A stretch of DNA of 32,000 nt from contig NC_014833.1 in assembly GCF_000179635.2 (NCBI RefSeq), positions 480,001 through 512,000 on the forward strand, written 5' to 3'. The notes beneath the pieces were generated by a model, which saw only the letters and a program-made list of their open reading frames with translations, did not search any database and was not told the DNA's origin. The position numbers and the translations under genes were made by a program. Positions 8,828 through 19,200 of this stretch are shown here, piece after piece (position 1 is the stretch's first letter; every line of letters begins with the position of its first letter). The stretch comes from Ruminococcus albus 7 = DSM 20455 (lineage in GTDB: Bacteria; Bacillota; Clostridia; Oscillospirales; Ruminococcaceae).

Positions 8828-10798
8828 GTGGATAGATTCCAACTGGTTTCGGATTATAAGCTTTCCGGCGATCAGCCTGAAGCAGTGGATGCTCTGGTAA
8901 AGGGCGTAGAATCGGGTATGAAGGAGCAGACGCTTCTGGGCGTTACGGGCTCGGGCAAGACTTTTACTATGGCTAATGTTATCGAGCGGTTAAACCGTCC
9001 GACCCTTGTACTTGCTCATAACAAGATACTTGCGGCACAGCTTTGTTCGGAGTTCAAGGAGTTTTTCCCGAACAATGCGGTGGAGTATTTTGTAAGCTAC
9101 TACGATTACTACCAGCCCGAAGCCTATGTTCCCAGTACAGATGTGTACATAGAAAAGGACAGTTCTATTAACGATGAGATAGATAAGCTGCGTCATTCTG
9201 CTACTACGGCTATAACCGAAAGGCGGGATGTTATAATAGTAGCCAGTGTTTCATGCATATACTCCCTTGGTGATCCGTCAGAGTATAAGTCCATGGTGGT
9301 AAGTATACGCAAGGGAGCTGAAAAATCACGTGATGAGCTTATTGCGGAGCTTGTGAAGATACAGTACGAGCGAAACGACATCAATTTTGTAAGAAATAAG
9401 TTCCGTGTAAGGGGCGACGTGGTTGAGATATTCCCTGCGGATTCCACGGATAAGGCGCTGAGAGTCGAGTTCTTCGGAGATGAGATCGACCGTATATGCG
9501 AGGTGAACGTGCTGACTGGGGAAGTGCTCTCAACGCTGAATCACGCTGCTGTTTTTCCTGCATCTCATTATATCGTCGGCCGCGAGAAAATGCTGGATGC
9601 TATCGACGAGATAAAGGAAGAACTTGCTGAACGTGTGAAATGCTTCGAGGACAGAGGTATGCTGATAGAAGCACAGCGTATACAGCAGAGGACGAATTAC
9701 GATATGGAGATGCTGGAGGAGATAGGCTTCTGCAGCGGAATAGAAAACTATTCCCGCGTACTGGCAAGACGTTCAAAGGGTGCTGTACCTTTCACGCTGT
9801 TTGACTTCATGCCGGATGATTTTCTGCTTATGGTGGACGAATCTCACGTTTCACTGCCGCAGGTAAGGGGAATGTTCGCAGGGGACAGGGCGCGTAAGCA
9901 GACTCTGGTGGATTACGGTTTTCGTCTGCCCTCGGCACTGGATAACCGCCCTTTGCAGTTCGATGAATTTTACGAGCGCATAAATCAGGCTATATTTGTA
10001 TCAGCTACCCCGGGACCCATAGAAAAAGAAAAGTCGCAGCAGATAGTGGAACAGGTGATAAGACCTACAGGACTTCTCGATCCGCTGATATCCGTAAGAC
10101 CTACCGATGGTCAGATAGAGGATCTGCTTGGCGAGATAAACAAAAGGGTAGAGAAAGGTCAGCGTGTGCTTGTGACTACGCTCACAAAAAAGATGGCTGA
10201 AGATCTTACTGCCTATCTGAAGGGCTTTGATGTTAAGGTGCGGTATATGCACCATGATATTGATACCATTGAGCGTATGGAGATAATACGCGATCTTCGT
10301 CTGGGCGAGTTTGATGTGCTTGTTGGTATCAACCTTCTGAGAGAGGGTCTTGATCTGCCCGAGGTTTCACTTGTTGCGATACTCGATGCTGACAAGGAGG
10401 GCTTCCTGCGTTCGGAAAGTTCGCTTATCCAGACCATAGGCAGAGCGGCAAGAAACTCGGAAGGTATGGTAATAATGTATGCCGACAGCGTGACACGCTC
10501 GATGGAGAGTGCCATACGTGAGACTGAAAGACGACGTGCTATACAGGAAAAATATAATGAGGAACACGGCATAGTTCCCAAGACCATAGTCAAGGATATA
10601 AGAGATGTCATTGAGATATCCACAAAGGAAGAAGCGGAGTATTCCGCAAGACAGGCTGTGAAGCTTTCGAAGGCAGAACAGCAGAAGCTTATAGATAAGC
10701 TGACCCGCGAGATGAAAGAAGCTGCGAAGCTTCTTGAATTTGAGCACGCAGCATTCCTGCGTGACAGGATAGCTGAACTCAAAGGGGAGAAAAAGTGA
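8828..10798 (+). CDS. uvrB: Excinuclease ABC subunit B
   Basis: Unmistakable UvrB: GVTGSGKT Walker A, DESH, helicase motifs and a C-terminal UVR domain ([14 protein letters not shown]). GTG 8828 gives [10 protein letters not shown], like other UvrB N-termini, and lies 10 nt after GGAGG. Alternative starts are 8822 and 8798. Confidence 0.95.
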   Translation: MDRFQLVSDYKLSGDQPEAVDALVKGVESGMKEQTLLGVTGSGKTFTMANVIERLNRPTLVLAHNKILAAQLCSEFKEFFPNNAVEYFVSYYDYYQPEAYVPSTDVYIEKDSSINDEIDKLRHSATTAITERRDVIIVASVSCIYSLGDPSEYKSMVVSIRKGAEKSRDELIAELVKIQYERNDINFVRNKFRVRGDVVEIFPADSTDKALRVEFFGDEIDRICEVNVLTGEVLSTLNHAAVFPASHYIVGREKMLDAIDEIKEELAERVKCFEDRGMLIEAQRIQQRTNYDMEMLEEIGFCSGIENYSRVLARRSKGAVPFTLFDFMPDDFLLMVDESHVSLPQVRGMFAGDRARKQTLVDYGFRLPSALDNRPLQFDEFYERINQAIFVSATPGPIEKEKSQQIVEQVIRPTGLLDPLISVRPTDGQIEDLLGEINKRVEKGQRVLVTTLTKKMAEDLTAYLKGFDVKVRYMHHDIDTIERMEIIRDLRLGEFDVLVGINLLREGLDLPEVSLVAILDADKEGFLRSESSLIQTIGRAARNSEGMVIMYADSVTRSMESAIRETERRRAIQEKYNEEHGIVPKTIVKDIRDVIEISTKEEAEYSARQAVKLSKAEQQKLIDKLTREMKEAAKLLEFEHAAFLRDRIAELKGEKK

Positions 10799-10825
10799 CC
10801 TGTGGATGGTTAGGAATGGATAAAT

Positions 10826-10975
10826 ATGAAAAGGGTTTTCTTTAAAGCACAAGGCGTATATAGTGACTATATTGATAGTTTCATTGATGACCTGAATGAT
10901 AACGGCAACGCAGAAGTCTCATTCTGTGCTAGTATACAAGGTCTTTATTATGCTTTTATTGAGATGGATAACTGA
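10826..10975 (+). CDS. Candidate 49-aa small ORF between uvrB and uvrA
   Basis: Encodes [58 protein letters not shown] lies 5-9 nt upstream. It fills most of an otherwise unexplained 197-nt gap and is below the ORF-track cutoff. Confidence 0.3.
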   Translation: MKRVFFKAQGVYSDYIDSFIDDLNDNGNAEVSFCASIQGLYYAFIEMDN

Positions 10976-10995
10976 TATTAAACGGAGTTGATAAA

Positions 10996-13830
10996 ATGCC
11001 CATTAACGAAATAATCATAAAGGGTGCGAGGGAGCATAACCTTAAAAATGTGGATCTTACGATCCCACGTGACAAGCTGATAGTTATGACGGGGCTTTCG
11101 GGATCGGGTAAGAGTTCGCTGGCTTTTGATACTATATATGCGGACGGTCAGAGAAGATATGTGGAATCACTGTCCTCTTATGCAAGAATGTTCCTGGGGC
11201 AGATGGACAAGCCCGATGTTGACAGTATTGAAGGGCTTTCCCCTGCGATATCCATAGATCAGAAGACTACATCGAAGAATCCGCGTTCAACTGTGGGCAC
11301 TGTTACGGAGATATATGACTACCTGCGTCTTTTGTATGCGAGGATAGGTGTGCCACACTGCCCTGTTTGCGGACGAGAGATAAAACAGCAGACAGTCGAT
11401 CAGATAGTCGATCAGCTGATGGCGCTGGAAGAGGGTACCAAGATACAGCTTCTCGCTCCCATAGTGCGTGGAAGAAAGGGTACTCACCAGAAGGAGTTCG
11501 AGCAGGCTAAGAAGTCCGGCTATGTACGCGTGAGGGTGGACGGCATAACCTATGATCTTTCGGAGAATATAGAGCTTGAAAAGAACAAGAAGCATACTAT
11601 CGAGATAGTGGTTGACAGGCTTGTTATCAAGGAGAGCGTAAAATCGAGACTGACGGATAGTATCGAAACTGTGTCCGCGCTGACGGGCGGACTTGTGACG
11701 GCTGATGTTATCGGCGGCGAGGAAATGACGTTCTCGCAGAGCTATGCCTGCCCTGAACACGGAGTGTCCATAGGGGAGCTTGCACCCAGAATGTTCTCGT
11801 TCAACAATCCCTACGGTGCCTGTGAGAAGTGTACGGGTCTGGGAGTTTTCAAAAAGATAGATCCCGACCTGATAGTGCCGAACAAGAATCTATCCATATC
11901 CGAGGGCGCTATCAAGGCGAGCGGCTGGAACGTTTCTGACGATAGCTCAATAGCCAATATGTATTTCAGGGCGATATCCGATGAATACGGCGTGCCGCTG
12001 GATAAGCCCGTCAGCGAACTGACAGAGGAACAGCTCGACCTGTTCCTGTATGGTACAGGCGACCACAAACTTCATCTTTCACGCGGCAGCAAGTTCTACA
12101 AGGCGGAGTATGATTCAGCTTTTGAGGGAATAATCCCCAATCTGGAAAGACGTTATAAGGAATCGAACAGCGATTGGTCAAAGGCTGATATCGAATCGAA
12201 TATGAGCGAGGAAGCCTGCCCTGCCTGCAAGGGCAGAAGACTTCGTTCCGAGAGCCTTAGCGTGACTGTGGGCGGACTGAATATTGCGGAGCTTTGCGAT
12301 AAGTCTGTTGTGGCAGTTCTGGGATTTCTTGAAAGTGTTGATCTGACAGAACGCGAAAAACTCATAGGCGAGAGGATAATCAAGGAGATAAAGGACAGAC
12401 TGGGATTCCTTGCCAGCGTGGGTCTTGAATACCTGACACTGTCCCGTTCTGCGGGTACGCTTTCTGGCGGCGAGAGCCAGAGAATAAGGCTTGCTACGCA
12501 GATAGGTTCGTCATTGGTGGGCGTGCTTTATATCCTTGATGAGCCGTCTATCGGTCTGCACCAGAGGGACAATGATAAGCTGATAGCTACGCTGAAACGT
12601 CTGCGCGACCTTGGCAACACGCTGATAGTGGTCGAGCATGACGAGGATACCATGTATGCCGCTGACCATATAGTCGATATAGGTCCGGGAGCAGGCATAC
12701 ACGGCGGTGAAGTCGTGGCGCAGGGTACGGTGGAAGATATCAAAGCCTGCGAACGCTCGATAACAGGGCAGTACCTCAGCGGAAGAAGAAAGATACCCGT
12801 ACCGACAGAAAGGCGCAAGGGCAACGGTAAATTCCTGACAGTAAAGGGTGCTAGGCAGAACAATCTGAAAAATATAGACGTTAAGATACCGCTGGGAACT
12901 TTCACCTGTGTTACAGGTGTATCGGGCAGCGGAAAGAGTTCATTGGTGAACGAGATCATCAACAAATACCTTTCTGCAAAACTTAACCGCGCGAAAGTAA
13001 GGGCGGGAGAGTTCGATAAAATGGAGGGTGTATCCCATCTCGATAAAGTAATAAATATCAACCAATCCCCCATAGGCAGAACACCGAGATCGAACCCTGC
13101 GACCTATACAGGCGTTTTCACCGATATCCGTGAGCTTTTCGCCCAGACACAGGACGCGAAGATGAAAGGCTACAATTCGGGAAGATTTTCTTTCAACGTA
13201 AAGGGCGGACGATGCGAAGCCTGCGAGGGCGACGGCATAATCAAGATTGAGATGCACTTCCTGCCTGATGTGTACGTGCCCTGTGAGGTCTGCGGAGGAA
13301 AGCGGTATAACCGCGAAACTTTGGAAGTAAAATACAAGGGTAAGAGTATATACGATGTACTGGAAATGACAGTTGAGGAAGGTGTGCAGTTCTTCACGAA
13401 TATGCCGAAAATACAGCGCAAATTGCAGACCCTTTACGAAGTAGGTCTGGGATATGTGAAGATAGGTCAGCCTGCGACAACGCTTTCGGGCGGTGAAGCA
13501 CAGCGCGTGAAGCTTGCGACTGAGCTTGCAAAGCGTGCGACGGGACGCACCATATATATCCTTGATGAGCCGACAACAGGTCTGCATACGGCGGACGTTC
13601 ACAAGCTGATAGAAGTTCTGCAAAGGCTTGCCGATGCGGGAAATACTGTGCTTGTGATAGAGCATAATCTCGATGTTATAAAGACAGCTGACCACATAAT
13701 CGACCTGGGACCCGAGGGCGGTGACAAGGGCGGTACAGTGGTATGTACAGGCACACCCGAGGAGATAGCGGCTTGTGAGGAGAGCTATACTGGTCAATAT
13801 CTTTCTAAATTCATAATTCACAATTCGTAA
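10996..13830 (+). CDS. uvrA: Excinuclease ABC subunit A
   Basis: 944 aa with two ABC ATPase modules ([18 protein letters not shown]; [16 protein letters not shown]) and zinc-finger Cys clusters. Confidence 0.97.
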   Translation: MPINEIIIKGAREHNLKNVDLTIPRDKLIVMTGLSGSGKSSLAFDTIYADGQRRYVESLSSYARMFLGQMDKPDVDSIEGLSPAISIDQKTTSKNPRSTVGTVTEIYDYLRLLYARIGVPHCPVCGREIKQQTVDQIVDQLMALEEGTKIQLLAPIVRGRKGTHQKEFEQAKKSGYVRVRVDGITYDLSENIELEKNKKHTIEIVVDRLVIKESVKSRLTDSIETVSALTGGLVTADVIGGEEMTFSQSYACPEHGVSIGELAPRMFSFNNPYGACEKCTGLGVFKKIDPDLIVPNKNLSISEGAIKASGWNVSDDSSIANMYFRAISDEYGVPLDKPVSELTEEQLDLFLYGTGDHKLHLSRGSKFYKAEYDSAFEGIIPNLERRYKESNSDWSKADIESNMSEEACPACKGRRLRSESLSVTVGGLNIAELCDKSVVAVLGFLESVDLTEREKLIGERIIKEIKDRLGFLASVGLEYLTLSRSAGTLSGGESQRIRLATQIGSSLVGVLYILDEPSIGLHQRDNDKLIATLKRLRDLGNTLIVVEHDEDTMYAADHIVDIGPGAGIHGGEVVAQGTVEDIKACERSITGQYLSGRRKIPVPTERRKGNGKFLTVKGARQNNLKNIDVKIPLGTFTCVTGVSGSGKSSLVNEIINKYLSAKLNRAKVRAGEFDKMEGVSHLDKVININQSPIGRTPRSNPATYTGVFTDIRELFAQTQDAKMKGYNSGRFSFNVKGGRCEACEGDGIIKIEMHFLPDVYVPCEVCGGKRYNRETLEVKYKGKSIYDVLEMTVEEGVQFFTNMPKIQRKLQTLYEVGLGYVKIGQPATTLSGGEAQRVKLATELAKRATGRTIYILDEPTTGLHTADVHKLIEVLQRLADAGNTVLVIEHNLDVIKTADHIIDLGPEGGDKGGTVVCTGTPEEIAACEESYTGQYLSKFIIHNS

Positions 13831-13849
13831 TTCATAATTGTTGGCAGGG

Positions 13850-14220
13850 CAACGACGAAGTTGGATAAGAATGCCAAGGAGAAGAGCTTTTCGCTAAAGT
13901 TCCGATTTCGCGACAGCAAATCTGTGTCCCAAACAAACTACGCCGCGAATCAAAGCGCGCGGTCAAGCCTCGCGCTAGCAGGCTTGCGGGGAGCCACAGT
14001 CAGCAAGGCTGACTGTTAGGGGCAGAGCCCTCAATCACCAAGGAACAAAACTAAAATGCACAGCGAACTATAAAAGCAAAACAAACTACCGACCAAATAA
14101 AGGCGCGGGCAATACCAAAAAGTACGAGCGTATACGACCGTATGCACTCGTATTTTTTTGTGCGTGATTATTGTCCGCGCCCGAAATCGGACAGCGAAGC
14201 GAATCCGATTTCTCGCACCG
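13850..14220 (+). other. GC-rich, hairpin-dense noncoding element (candidate structured RNA or repeat element) downstream of uvrA
   Basis: Contains a string of perfect hairpins: 13996..14016 (9-bp stem), AAGCCT/AGGCTT near 13964..13986, and GAAATCGGA/TCCGATTTC at 14183..14212. An 11-bp helix, 14102..14112 with 14171..14181, encloses a terminator-like hairpin. There is no credible ORF. Confidence 0.3.
14122..14159 (+). terminator. Probable intrinsic terminator of the uvrBA transcript
   Basis: The stem GTACGAG...CTCGTA(T) is followed by TTTTTTT and preceded by AAAAA. Confidence 0.6.
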
Positions 14221-14331
14221 TCAGGGGCGACCCGATACCGCAGGACTGTCGTTACCATTAGCTTGGTACGGCTATTTTTATATGACAAAAAGGGAGTTAT
14301 GTGAAAATTTGGAGAAAATTTTATATAAGTA

Positions 14332-14366
14332 TTGACAAAATGAGTGAAATGGTGTAAAATTACACC
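14332..14366 (+). promoter_or_regulatory. Sigma-A promoter with an overlapping 16-bp palindrome (possible operator)
   Basis: TTGACA, a 17-nt spacer, then TG-n-TAAAAT. The inverted repeat GGTGTAA-AA-TTACACC (14351..14366) covers the -10. Confidence 0.6.
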
Positions 14367-14401
14367 ATAGAAGCAAAAAGATACTATTTGGGGGAGTTTT
14401 A

Positions 14402-15274
14402 ATGATACTCAAAAAACTGCTTGCAATAATGACCGCGGCGGTGCTGGCTGTTTGTGCGGCGGGGTGCGGGAAAAATACTGAAAAAGCGCCAAAGCACTAC
14501 ATGGCGGCAGATTATGAACTCGATGACCCTGCACAGCTTGATGACTGGCAGATAAACGTGCTGAAATCAAAAGGTCTGCCGACGGATTACAATGAGCTTA
14601 AAATCGGTCAGCGGGATTCGATTTACCGCATGGGAATGATGCACCGCTATCTGGTGGATAAGTACGGCATTGAGTTTGAGTATGCGGGCTATTATCAAAG
14701 TGGGTTCGGGCAGAAAGAAGAACTCATTGTAATGCCCGAAGGTGCTTATGAGAACGACAGCAGAAGCATAGTTTCTGTACGGGAGAAAGACGGGGAGTTT
14801 TCTGATAATTACGGAGATTATGAAGTGTTGATGTATATTGAAAATATGTACGAAGAACACGCAAAAGAGTTTTTCAAATCTGACAAGATCAAAGCGATAG
14901 CAGTTTCAGTTAATGATAATCAACTTGGTTACAGCCATTTTGATGAAGAAGAAAATTTTCACAATGACTTGGGAATCAGCGCAGTTGTTATAATTTCCGA
15001 TGAGATATGTGACAGAGAAAAATGTGAAGAATACGCTGATGACTTAAGAAAATATCTCGGAGAGAGAGAACTAGTTGGGATAACAAGGATTTCTGTATTA
15101 AAAAATGTAGATGTAAGTAAAATAAATAATAATAATTTAAAAGATTATCGTAACGACAACTATATAATAGACTTAGATCTTGGACGAGATTCTGATGGAA
15201 AGACGGATATTTTGTATTTACATGAAGATAAGCATATCTATTATGATGAAAAAGGTAATATAATCGATAAATAG
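14402..15274 (+). CDS. Lipoprotein of unknown function
   Basis: Signal peptide with a lipobox (AAGC-G). RBS GGGGGAG. Acidic 290-aa protein with an AT-rich, Asn/Asp/Lys-rich C-terminal tail. Confidence 0.7.
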   Translation: MILKKLLAIMTAAVLAVCAAGCGKNTEKAPKHYMAADYELDDPAQLDDWQINVLKSKGLPTDYNELKIGQRDSIYRMGMMHRYLVDKYGIEFEYAGYYQSGFGQKEELIVMPEGAYENDSRSIVSVREKDGEFSDNYGDYEVLMYIENMYEEHAKEFFKSDKIKAIAVSVNDNQLGYSHFDEEENFHNDLGISAVVIISDEICDREKCEEYADDLRKYLGERELVGITRISVLKNVDVSKINNNNLKDYRNDNYIIDLDLGRDSDGKTDILYLHEDKHIYYDEKGNIIDK

Positions 15275-15290
15275 ACAGAGGGGTGATAAA

Positions 15291-15746
15291 ATGAACCGTG
15301 ATGAATTCATCAGTATGATGAGCCGGAATCTTAAACTGGTGAGGACGGAGTTTGAACTCAATCAGGATAAAATGGCGCATTGTCTGGGGATATCGAAGAA
15401 AACTCTGGTGGAGATAGAAAAAGGAAGAACTCTGCTGGGGTGGACGGGTTCGGCGGCGCTGGCTGTCATATTCTCGGACAGCAGTGTTTTGCAGAATGCT
15501 TTCGGCGGCGAAATGAGTGACCTTGTAAAGGCGCTGGCTTTCGATGATACAACTGTCAACTTTCGTCAGACACATGGCGGCAAGGTATGGTGGAGGCAGA
15601 TAGAGACCACCGATAAATGGAAGATACAGCAGAACTATATATCACAGCATTACCGCCTGCTGACAGCGGGCGACAGGTGCGTGTATTCCTCATTCCATCT
15701 GGAAAAGGTGAAGAAAGCGGCTGAGGAATATGAGCGGGGATTGTGA
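15291..15746 (+). CDS. XRE-family helix-turn-helix transcriptional regulator with an unknown ~85-aa C-terminal domain
   Basis: The N-terminal sequence LKLVRTEFELNQDKMAHCLGISKKTLVEIEKG is an HTH_3/XRE-type motif. RBS GAGGGGTG. The gene starts 16 nt after the lipoprotein gene. Confidence 0.72.
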   Translation: MNRDEFISMMSRNLKLVRTEFELNQDKMAHCLGISKKTLVEIEKGRTLLGWTGSAALAVIFSDSSVLQNAFGGEMSDLVKALAFDDTTVNFRQTHGGKVWWRQIETTDKWKIQQNYISQHYRLLTAGDRCVYSSFHLEKVKKAAEEYERGL

Positions 15747-15755
15747 CAGGCGAAG

Positions 15756-16055
15756 ATGATCTCGGGAAAAAGGAACATCATTATAAGACTATCCCTCGGA
15801 TTGCCTGTATGTGCGGCAATGACGATATTCTGGGCGAAAGTTATGGTAAGTGCCGAATACGGCGGTATAGCTTTTTTCAACTCAGGCGGAGATTATATCG
15901 CAGCCGCGATTATACTGCCGATAGTGTACATTATCTTTTGCAGGGTTATGGCAAAAAAGCTTCCTGTTGAAAACGGAAAGTGGGACGCTGGTTGCTGGGC
16001 GATGATGTTGATAGTTTATCCTGTTGCGACGCTGATTTGTAATTTCGTATCGTAA
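15756..16055 (+). CDS. Small membrane protein (3 predicted TM helices)
   Basis: 99 aa with three hydrophobic stretches. It starts 9 nt after the XRE stop. The overlapping alternative frame 15743..15970 is less protein-like. Confidence 0.5.
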   Translation: MISGKRNIIIRLSLGLPVCAAMTIFWAKVMVSAEYGGIAFFNSGGDYIAAAIILPIVYIIFCRVMAKKLPVENGKWDAGCWAMMLIVYPVATLICNFVS

Positions 16056-16178
16056 AAGCGGACAAAAATAAAGCAGAGAATTTGTGCAGAACGACACCAT
16101 AAAAAGAGAGCAGACAAAACGTATATTAAAAGTAAGGGCTTTTAATAGCAGAAAAGTTCAGGAAAAAGCCCTGTCATC

Positions 16179-16207
16179 TTGAATATTTGTTAACGATATG
16201 TTATAAT
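16179..16207 (+). promoter_or_regulatory. Sigma-A promoter of the giant membrane-protein gene
   Basis: TTGAAT, a 17-nt spacer, then TATAAT. Confidence 0.65.
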
Positions 16208-16265
16208 ACAAATAACAAATGATTTTGAAATACTTTCCCCGTAACAGGGGCAAAGGGGTGAAACT

Positions 16266-19200
16266 ATGGGAACAGTATTATTTATCATATTATGGGTGCT
16301 CTCGCCTATCATATTGCTGCCTATGTGTATCAGTTATTCATTGAAACGCAAAAAAATTGAGCGCTTCATAGATCAGCTGTACAGAGAAAGCAGGATATCC
16401 TCGAAAGAGAAGTTTGAACTTAAAACAGAGAGGGAGACTAACAGCAGGACGCTTTATAATATGACTCCCGTGCAGAGAAATGAAGGTTACTTCTTCAAAG
16501 ACGAGGCACGTAATACTTACGGGCAGAAAGGGCTTCAGGACAGTGCGGGAAATGTCGGGTATGTTCCGCAGCCACAGCAGATTTCTGCTGAAAAGAATAC
16601 TGCGGCGGCACAGAACGTTTCTGCGGTACAGGAGAATACACCTGCACAGACGGCTGTTCAGGCTGAAATACAGCCTCAGCACCATCACGACGGTGTTGAC
16701 CTTGTAAAGCATACTGAAACAGTACAGGAAAAGCCCACAGAGGCAAGACCTGTTCAGCCTGAGCAGAAAAAAGCTGCGGAGATACATCAGCCTGCAGCGG
16801 TGCATACTGTTCCTGTTCAGCGTACACCCGCTCCTATGACGGCGGAGGAGTACAACAACAGACAGCCTCTTCCAGAATGGGCTAGACCTCAGGTCGTTCA
16901 GAGACCTCTGCACGCGCCGAGACCGAAACGAGAGAAGAAGCAGTACAGCTCTGCGGCGGTGCTTACCGGTATAGGCATAACATTCGTAGTGCTGGCAGGA
17001 ATAATATTCTCAACTGCTTTCTGGGTACAGATGAGCGACTGGACCAGAGTTGGTGTACTTGCTGCACAGGCGGCGCTGTTCTTTGGGATGTTCGGCTTTA
17101 CACATAAAAAACTGAAAATAGAGGGCACTGCGTCAGCGGTATACATACTGGGCTCGGTGTTCACAACGATAGCTTATTTAACTACGGGATACTTCGGTCT
17201 TTTCGGAGCGTGGTTCGGAATAGAGGGCGGCGGTATGCTGCTGTTCCTTGCAATGGGCGGACTATTGATAACGTTCTTTGCAGCGGGTGCTATGAAGGTA
17301 TTCGCTAAGCCGGTATATGAATATGTTTCCTGTGCGACAATAGCGATATCGGGCACACTGATCCTTGGACAGTTTGCTGATTATTTTGAAAACAAATACG
17401 CAGTATTCTCGCTGCTGGTATCGGCTGCAGGTCTGCTGGTTTCAGTATTATTGTCTCTCAGAAAAAAAGATGGCAAAGAGATATCCAAGCCTGCGTATCT
17501 GATATACAAATTCGTTAAGGCAGTCTATGCGGTAATGGCTGTGCCGTGTCTGGTAGCTGATATCGGAAAAGGTGAGGTAGGATTTGGCTGGTCGCTGGCA
17601 GGCTGGGGCGTATGGATGATCTATACAGGTGAGACTCTCTGGCGTGCGATCCGCGATAAGAGCCGGAAATGGCTGGCTTACCATGCGGTGCTCATACTTG
17701 CAGGTTCAGTTGGCCTGATCATGACACTTGATAATTATCCTTTGTTTGCACTGCTGATAACCATATTCTCAGCTGTTGGCAGCTGGTCATATATCTATCT
17801 TGAAAAGAAAGATATGCTGCTTTTCAAGGCGGATAAGGTACACTTCTTTATGCGTGCCGTTTTCATTATGGCTGCGATACCCTTGCTGTTCAGACATCCT
17901 TATGAAAGCGGTGCACAGTTTGCTGTGATACTTATATGGCTGGTGGATCATGCTGCGATGGCAGTGCATTACAAACGTCAGGCGCTGATGATACCTCAGT
18001 GTGCAGCGGTGCTGAGTCTGGCACTTGAACTGATATCCAGGCTGGATCATATCGTCGATTTGTACAATACTGAAACGCTTGCCTCGCTGATACTTATCGT
18101 TGCAGGTATTATAGGTACTATGGTGTACAGATATCTGGAGCACAAGGGCAAGGTAAAGCTGAAAGCTAATGCTGTCAATGTACTTATGAGGATCTTGCTG
18201 AGCTTACCTGCATTTGCGTGCATGATTTTCGGAGCGGATGACAAAAACCTTATTATTTCCATGAGCCTGCTGCTGATCACAGAACTGAGCGTTTACGCTG
18301 TACTGTTCCGCAGACAGAATGAGCTGTTCTTCAGATTTGTATTTATATGTATAACTGTCGGGATGCTCATACCGCATGACTTTGACAAGTTCGGGCTTGA
18401 TGATGATAAGCTGTTCGCACTGATAATGTTCGGTATGAGTCTGGTATGTACTGCGGTCTATGAGATACTGCTGCGCCATGACAAGGTGCTGTTCCGCGCT
18501 AAGCAGTTCATATTTTGCTCAAAGGCGTTTATCAGTCTGTTCGGACTTGCTATAGTGCTAGGAGATTTCTTCAGTGACAGTACATTCGGCTGGTTCGATT
18601 GGGTGATGCTTGGCAGTGTGGCAGCAGAAACACTTGCGTATGCTGTCATCAAGAAGAGCCCTTACCTGCTTTTGGTACACAATATCTGTCTTGCATTCAT
18701 GCTTGCAGAGTGTGGTATACTGATCGATGACGCACCTTTATTTGCACTGATGGTGACAGGACTTCTCTCGGCACTTTCGATGATATACTTCCGTCTGCAC
18801 GATACCGGCAAGCTGAGATTCAGCGCTAAGACTTCGATAATACTCATGCGTGGAATATTCGGGTATTTTGCTCTTGCTATACTCATACAGGACTTCGGAA
18901 CATGGCGCTGGGAGTGTTTTGGCATAGCTGTGATAATTGCAATTGAGATGCTCTATTACGCTATTGCCAAGAGAAATCAGGGTATACTTCTGGCACATAT
19001 AACAGCACTGACCTATTCGTTCCTGATGATAGGTATATATGCAAAGGACTTCACTGTATTTGCTTTGATATGCTGTCTGGTGGCTGCTGTCGGAAAACTG
19101 GTACATCATATACTCAAAGTGAAAAACAAACTTCGCTTTGATGTCGAATACCTTGTCTTCAGGGTGAATTTAGTTTATATACTGCTCTATGTGGTGATGC

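Noticed and set aside
12940-13821. 293-aa ORF antisense to uvrA, plus similar long antisense ORFs at 12528..13073, 11287..11760 and 10213..10782
   Set aside because: They lie entirely inside strongly recognisable uvrA and uvrB coding sequence on the opposite strand. Their composition is low-complexity and Arg/Cys/Leu/Ser-rich, and they have no RBS. They are shadow ORFs.
13860-14160. Possible tmRNA, tRNA-like RNA or 6S RNA in the GC-rich region after uvrA
   Set aside because: There is no GGGG...CCACCA acceptor pairing and no GGTTCGAATCC-type T-arm. There is no alanine-rich tag frame ending in a stop, because the LALAG-like frame runs on without one. I could not build a long 6S-like closing helix. 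The identity is left open.
14031-14288. 85-aa minus-strand ORF in the uvrA-downstream element
   Set aside because: It is Arg-rich and low-complexity, spans hairpins and the T7/A5 terminator, and has no RBS. The region is better explained as structured noncoding DNA.
15743-15970. 75-aa ORF overlapping the end of the XRE gene and the small membrane ORF
   Set aside because: The alternative frame 15756..16055 gives three clean TM helices and a sensible intergenic spacing. This frame is Arg/Tyr/Cys-rich and not protein-like.
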